A program made the position numbers and the translations under genes. This document shows, piece after piece, positions 56,910 through 64,000 of a DNA stretch of 64,000 nucleotides. Source of the DNA: Chrysomallon squamiferum (taxonomy: Eukaryota; Animalia; Mollusca); NCBI GenBank assembly GCA_012295275.1, contig CM022671.1, positions 15,686,001 through 15,750,000 of the forward strand, read 5' to 3'. Position 1 is the stretch's first letter; each line of letters opens with the position of its first letter. The notes beneath the pieces are model-generated. The model had not been told where the DNA came from. It did no database searches and saw only the letters and a program-made list of their open reading frames with translations.

Positions 56910-57060
56910 TCCGTATTAAAACATAATTGTCTGTGTTTAAACATAACTGCCCGCATTAAAGTATAACTGTATATGTTAAAACAACTGCCCGCATTAAAAT
57001 ATAACTGTCTATGTTAAAACAACTGCCCGCATTAAAACATAATTGTCTGTGTTGAAACAA
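56910..57060. repeat. 38-bp tandem repeat, about 4 copies
   Basis: actgcccgcattaa at 56946, 56984 and 57022. Confidence 0.85.
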
Positions 57061-58003
57061 CCGTGAACATAATTTGTGTAAGCTAAGACATTAATTTTGT
57101 ATTTTTTATTCAAAACCGCACTTTTCAAGATCCTTCATTATTATTTTATTCTCGTTTTTATAAACATAATTTGCACTTTCTTTGATTGCCAATAATGAGA
57201 GTTTAGTTAGTGCTAACCGATCATTCGACAAACGAAAAAAAACGAAATGATTTTTTTTTAAAAATAATATTTGGCATGTTGTCATTCTGTACGTAAATCA
57301 GTGAATTGTGTAAGTAATTTCTAAGAAGTTTTTAATATTATCAAGATTTAGAAAATTCCATTATTTATTATCAAAACAAGTTATTAGAATGTGTCAGTTT
57401 TGATCACTCGTAATCAACAAATGTAAATGTGACGATGTAAAGCATGACAAAAAAAAATCTTCATATAACCACTGCAGAAAAACTATTATAAAATGGAAAT
57501 AACTAATAATTACTGTTTTTTACGCGATCAATAATAAAAACATTTTGTTTTCGTGTTGTTTCCAAATCGTGCTTATATTTTCATTAATTCTTTGCGGCAT
57601 TTCAGAGGTAACGATAATTTAGTAACTTGCAGACAGCACGCAATGATTTCATCATCGTGTTTGTTTATACTGTTGTAAAAACTCAGTGAGAAAATGATTT
57701 AATCAAAGAATTCCGTCTCCGAAGTGTGAATATATTATTTTAAAAACTGGCTTAATGAAACTATGCGGCTCTCAAACCTGAAGTAATTATTATTCTTCTT
57801 AACTTCTGTTATTTTCTTAACTCAAATTATTACTTTGATTAAAAGATGAAAAAAAACAGAGAAGCATTTCATTCGTAGTTGCAAAAATGTATTTGTCGTT
57901 GGTGGGATCTAAAAATAATTGGCCATTATTGGAATGGATAGCCTTCAATTACAAATTTTATGTTTTAACAGTTTTTTTTTAACAACACCTACAATTGCCT
58001 ACA

Positions 58004-58100
<97 letters not shown>

Positions 58101-58522
58101 AATCATCTTAAACAACACATGGTATGACAGATACTACTGTATGATGGTATGGGCAGTAGTCTCACATACCGGCAGGACCTACCTGACTCGCATAGAAAGC
58201 AATTTAACGGGCAGAAAGATACCAGTGTAAAATTCTGTATGCATCGCGGAAAAAGCTAGCGCTGTTCTCGAACACGACAACGTAGACCACATTCAGTTAC
58301 AATGACACCAGCATCTCTGCGTAACAATATTCATGTCCCGCCCTGTCAGGCTGGGTATGTTTTAACCCTTTCACATTTATGGAATGAGATGTATATACGG
58401 GTAATCGTCAAGACGTGGTTCATAAATTCAAATAACAAGTTTTTCTTCTAACAGCATTGTTATGTTTGTTTTTTGAAGCTCGAACAAATCTAAACAAATA
58501 GAAAATACAGGTCATTTTTCTT

Positions 58523-58557
<35 letters not shown>

Positions 58558-58687
58558 TTTTTTATTTTATTTTATTTTATTTTTTTTTTTTTTTTTTTTT
58601 TTTGGCTTGTCAGATGAAACTTCTTTTTGCTGTTGGTAACGTTTTATTTTATTTTATTTATTTATTATTTTTGTTCTTATTGTTCTT

Positions 58688-58723
<36 letters not shown>

Positions 58724-60049
58724 ATTTATTTTTTTATTTTAACATTCTCTTGTCTATTTTAAATAAAAGAACAAATCATAGCAAATATTCGAGAAATTCT
58801 TATTTGAATTTCCGAACCACATGTCTTGAAAAAAAACCGTATGTTCGACCAAGACCGCATCAACCACAATCACAGAACCTGCAAGCTAAAATGTAATTAC
58901 AAACACACACTTATAAAATATATTCCTGAAAACATTTAAGAGCGATTCTCTTGAAATTGTTTCAGACCGATGTAAGGAAAGTCATATTGTTAGCTAATTT
59001 TGTGATGGATTGCTTTCAAATTAAATTGCCGTCACATTGTCAAGTGTCTTAGAGAGTGACATAAGGGATCGATAACTCTAATGTGAAACAGTAGCTGGGA
59101 GAAGTTTGTTAGTTATTTGTCGCTTTGGTTTCATCGACCGAGCTGACAAGTACAAACACAAACCTGATTAACATGGATGAAACAGTAAGAAAAATACTCT
59201 ATGAGTCTAGTAACTTCACTAGCAGTTAACATCCTCTTTTCATCTAATGTCAAAACGTATATGTAGACAGTAAGTCAACGCGTGAAAGAATGTTAATGAT
59301 ACAAATTCTCCCTCTCATTACGTCACTTATCTGGTTAATTGTTCCGTAGTGTTTTCCCTGCTTTCTATAACCGTCGTGTGTAATGATTCTCTATAATTAT
59401 TATTAAATGTTCTTAAAGGTTTTGTTTTTAACGTTGTTATTTGTTGTTTCTTGTTTCTTTGTTTCTTTCTTTAATTTAAAAAGTATTATGAGAAATTGAA
59501 ATGATAGTTCTTCATCTTTAATGTAAATATATTTTAAATGTTTTATTGTTCACTTTTATTGTTGTAGTTTTTGTTTTGTTTTTAATAATAACGTACACAC
59601 CGATATAAATTAAATATTTTTCTGGTTGTAATAACTCACATCCCACATGAAGCAAACACACACGCACGCACGGGGTTTTAAATGGTATTGCATCGTTGTT
59701 GGATGCAACTGTACATTTATGATTTACTCTATCTGCATTGTTCCGATATTGAAATATTTTTATTATTAATTTATTTATATTGCATGATCATTATTTATTG
59801 AATATTTCGTGGATAATCTTAGTAAATACATTATATTTAGAATAGTCATTATATAGATTATATATAATAAATTCTAATCGCAAGTGGCTAAATGTCACGT
59901 CCAAAGTTTCACGTCACGGTATTATCTGGCTGTATTATTTTCATATCTGCCGTAACAGAGATTGTTTTCTACATATCAGTTAATTCATTCATAAGCTTCA
60001 CGCTCATGGCAATCACAAGGTCAGTTACAAAGTAGGAGATAACAAGGGC

Positions 60050-60440
60050 TGGAAAGCCGCTATCATTTATTTTTACAGTGCGAGTGAGCGACAGTATATT
60101 TCCATAGCGAAGAGATTACGGAAAAACCCGGAAGTTGCCATTCCCTTTAGTGCCTTCGCCGGTCCTCGTTTGTCAGTATCGAATATTCCTGACTTTCCGT
60201 CAGCAGACGTGTTCGCGTTTGATTGCAATATGTGCAAACCGTTTGATTTAGAGATTCGATAGCCAGAAAGCATGCACTTTCGGCAAGCGAGTTCCGGTTT
60301 CCGGTTGCCAGCCTCCTACACTGTCACCGGGTTCATCTTAATAATACGGTTCAGTGCAATTTACGTGAACTTGTGATTGCTCCCTATCACTCAGCGTTAT
60401 TTATTATTTCCCGCGAAGATTTGGTCGCTGTCAGGTACAG
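60050..60440 (+). promoter_or_regulatory. CpG-rich island, possible promoter / 5' exon of an unidentified gene
   Basis: GC/CpG-rich, ETS site CCGGAAGT near 60128, possible donor CAG|GTACAG at 60435; no convincing ORF. Confidence 0.3.
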
Positions 60441-60689
60441 ATAGAATCTGTGTGACGTGCAGAGGAATTTTAATTCTATCGATTTTATTTTTATTTTTTA
60501 TTTTTTTTATATTTTTTATTTATTTTTTATTTTTATGTTATTTAGTTAGTACTTAGTTACTTAGGTAGGTAGGTTAGTGTTTATGTTATTTTATTTTTAA
60601 TCATTATTATTACCATTTTTTTAAATTTATTTGTTTATTTATTATTTTTTATTTATTTATTTATTTGTTTCTTATTTTTAGTGAATAAG

Positions 60690-60730
<41 letters not shown>

Positions 60731-61370
60731 ATATATATATATACATATATATTGCATAATTTTGATTTATTTGTGGTTATTTGTGGTATCATAAATAGAA
60801 TTGTGGGGTATGTAGAAATAGTTAAAATGTTTCTTGCATATCTATGACATTTTTTGTTCCTCAAGACTTAATTAATAACATTATTTAAAAACAAAAGAGT
60901 AAACCACTGATCAGACGTTTTAATTCTTTTCCAGAGTTTACCAGATGTCGTATTAATTAAATGAAAACTGTAACGAACTAATCTGAGAGGAATTGATTCC
61001 TTTTAATATATTTTTTTTTTTTTTTTATCAAATCAATAAAGAAAGTAAAAATGAGCAATGAGAGGTGATATTGATGTGAATTAATCTAACAAATATTGTT
61101 TTTCCATAAATTCTAGTGCAAAATAAATGAAGCCTGAATATCAAGTCTTCAAAAAAGTATTCTTTGATGTTATCTGTAAATGAAGCTAATAAATTTATTA
61201 ACGATTTTATTTTTTTTCGTCGTCTTTCTTTCTACCCTGAGCAAACTGTTAAGCTATTTTAAAAACAATCCTGCAAGTCGAAATATAGAATTTAAAAAAA
61301 AAAAAAAAAAACAACAACAAAAAAAAAAAAAAAAAAAAAAAAAAATGTTTCAGTTACTGTAAGAATGTAA

Positions 61371-61759
61371 AATTATCTGAATTAAAAGTCTCTTTATGCT
61401 TTATTAAATTTTTTTTTTTAAATGATATCTTCGTCGCAAAGCCAATTATGAACGTAACTAATATTGTATGTTTCTGCGTTTTCACTAAAAACTATTCTTA
61501 TTTCTAATTATTATTATTATCATCATCATCATCATCATCGTGCATGATATATTCTCTTAATTAATTATCTGAATTAAAAGTATCTTTATGCTTTATAAAA
61601 TAATTTTTTATTTTTTTTTTTTTTTTTTTTTAAATGATAGCTTCGTCGCAAAGCCAATTATGAACCTAACTAATATTGTATGTTTCTGCGTTTTCACCAA
61701 AAACTATTCTTATTTCTAATTATTATCATCATCATCATAATGCATAATATATTCTCTTA
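61371..61759. repeat. ~190-bp tandem duplication
   Basis: aattatctgaattaaaagt...cttcgtcgcaaagccaattatgaac...atattctctta present twice (from 61371 and 61563). Confidence 0.92.
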
Positions 61760-62252
61760 GAATCATTAGCAATGTAAAAATATTAATGGTTACTCTAAAC
61801 ATATTTGCATGAGATATCTGATCGGCAGATCTGATTTAGAAAAATCCTTAACATTATATTCCATTACATAAACTGAACAGATTTAACAGGACGTAATACT
61901 GCACGGTGTTACAGACGATGCTGGAATACTTAGTAACATGGCCTCGTCGCAGCTGAACAATGCAAGCAACACGCAAAGCTGCACGGACACGAAATTACGC
62001 GAAGGATTATAACAGCTCATACATGTAAATACTAATTTGATCGAATGCAAATGAAAATTCGTCGCTCGTTGCATTACTTCTGATAGGAAAGGAACACGAA
62101 CCATCTGGCATGTCCTGGATCCACTACTAAGCTAGGCATTACATAAATTACAAACTCTAAAAACAAAAGATTTATAATTACTTGGATTTTTAACCTCTCA
62201 TTTTCATTTATTCTAAACAGTAAACTAATTAACTAAATATCCTTGGTGCTGG

Positions 62253-62310
<58 letters not shown>

Positions 62311-64000
62311 TCCAAATAAATATTTTCGGTTTTCAACCAGAACAGAACGTAACTGATACCAGTGACCTACTAGTCAGTTGCAAGCTCATTTGCAACGCTT
62401 TGATCGGCAGCATTAACATCTGTGTGGCTACATCGTTAGAAAATAAAATTTTGAGAAGATTAACTTCTCTAATACGCAGGAAATGAAGTGAACGAGTTTG
62501 TAGCTTTTTCTTATTTACATCGCCATATTTAATCTACGAAAGATGGCGGCAGAAACTACATCAGTTTTTTCATTACGAGGCAATCAGGAACGTGAGAGCC
62601 GCGGTTTGATGGCGTGGATTAAACTGATCCAAGTCTAAAACGTAAATAATCATAGCTATGGACCGGCTGTTTTTACTACATACATTTCTGACTGTAATAT
62701 GTTGCTGTATTTAAAACTAGCTTCTGTCATCGTTATTACCATCATCAACAATATCATCATCATCATTATCATTATTAATTTCTATATGTAAGAGACGAAC
62801 GTAATTCTAGATGACAGTCCATCATGGTGATCATAGGAATAACCTTGTTATTGAATTATTTCACGTTCCATCCAGTGCTCCAAAATCGGCCAATAAACGC
62901 AGTGGGTATATACAGTCTTTTCTGTATAATAGTGCATACAAAAGATTCTTTGATACTAATTTCAGCGGTTTCCTTCGGCGGTTATCTGAGCGGTCCCTAA
63001 CCTGAATTTTCGACGCCATAAAATCATCACAATTATAACCATAAATTAAATGTGCCGAGATCTTCTGTATTTCGTTCATTCTGTTTATATTTCATGCATG
63101 AGCAATTTGTTTCTCTTATTTTTTTTGTTATTTTTAATTTTAATTTTTACTCTATTTTTATTTTTATTTTTTTTTATTATTATTTATTTTGCTCGTTTGT
63201 TTTGTGAGATAGAAGTACTACTGAACTAATGTGTATTACAGCCAGTTACTGCTGAACTACTACCGAAACATTCGTTTTAACCGTTATTACTGTTTCCACT
63301 GTATTCGTTAATAATAATAATAATAATAATCATGATCATGATCATGATGCTGACAAACAAAAATAGGATAATAACAACAATAAAACAGTTATGATAAAAG
63401 ACACAATAATAATGATAAGTTCGCATGGTCAAATAGCTAACATTAACGCACAAAGAAAGGAGATTTCTCTTGCTCCACAGATCAGAATATTGATGTACAC
63501 AGAGAGCGAGCTCAAGGCTACAGATTACTGAATTTGATAAGAACGATTATCGGCATGTTAAAATTCCTGAATAACGTCACACTGATGTAGTCTCATATCA
63601 GATATTTATTCACAATATTCATTCATGTAGTGTTCAGAGTAAGCAGGGATATTCCTTTTCAAATATGCGAATAAAATAATCTAAGATATAATAATAATAA
63701 TGTTAAGTACTCAAAAGTGATATTCTCTATGCGAAATGAAAGGTTAACAACACCAGGGAACTCGAAATATTAATAATAATAAATTAAATGTTCCGAGTTT
63801 TTTCTTCTGTATTTCGTTCACGACAGCAACGAAATTTTTCATAAAACTAATATTTCAAAATCATAAAATATTTCAGTGCATTCAAATAAACTAACTGAAA
63901 AGAAGAATAATAAGAAGAATGTAAACTGAAGAACAATTTAAAAAGTAAAGCGCAAATATCAAAATAGAGGGGAGAAAAAATGATGATAATAATAATAATA

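Overview
AT-rich, microsatellite-dense eukaryotic genomic DNA from an invertebrate animal. A mollusc or other lophotrochozoan is my inference, not established. No prokaryotic features or CRISPR arrays are present. Four protein-coding genes are supported. (1) A 3-exon 111-aa single-pass membrane protein (+, 2457-3365), absent from the ORF track. (2) An SWT1-like PIN-domain endoribonuclease with an uninterrupted 873-aa CDS (-, 5822-8443). (3) A PRSS23/PRSS35-like secreted serine protease (-, 19824-21059). (4) A 10-exon, ~346-aa multi-pass (about 7 TM) membrane protein (+, 40999-46372), reconstructed by hand with phase-consistent GT-AG introns. Gene 4 ends in two tandemly duplicated alternative last exons, each keeping an ExxxLL dileucine sorting motif, and the second runs into an array of small hairpin-forming repeats. 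The window also holds a decayed I-group LINE 3' fragment (RNase H), an internally deleted Buster/Charlie hAT transposon with TIRs and a TSD, several minisatellites, local duplications and CpG-rich regulatory-looking islands. I see no firm evidence for a wholly new multi-gene system; the best leads are the duplicated-tail membrane protein and the unannotated small membrane protein.
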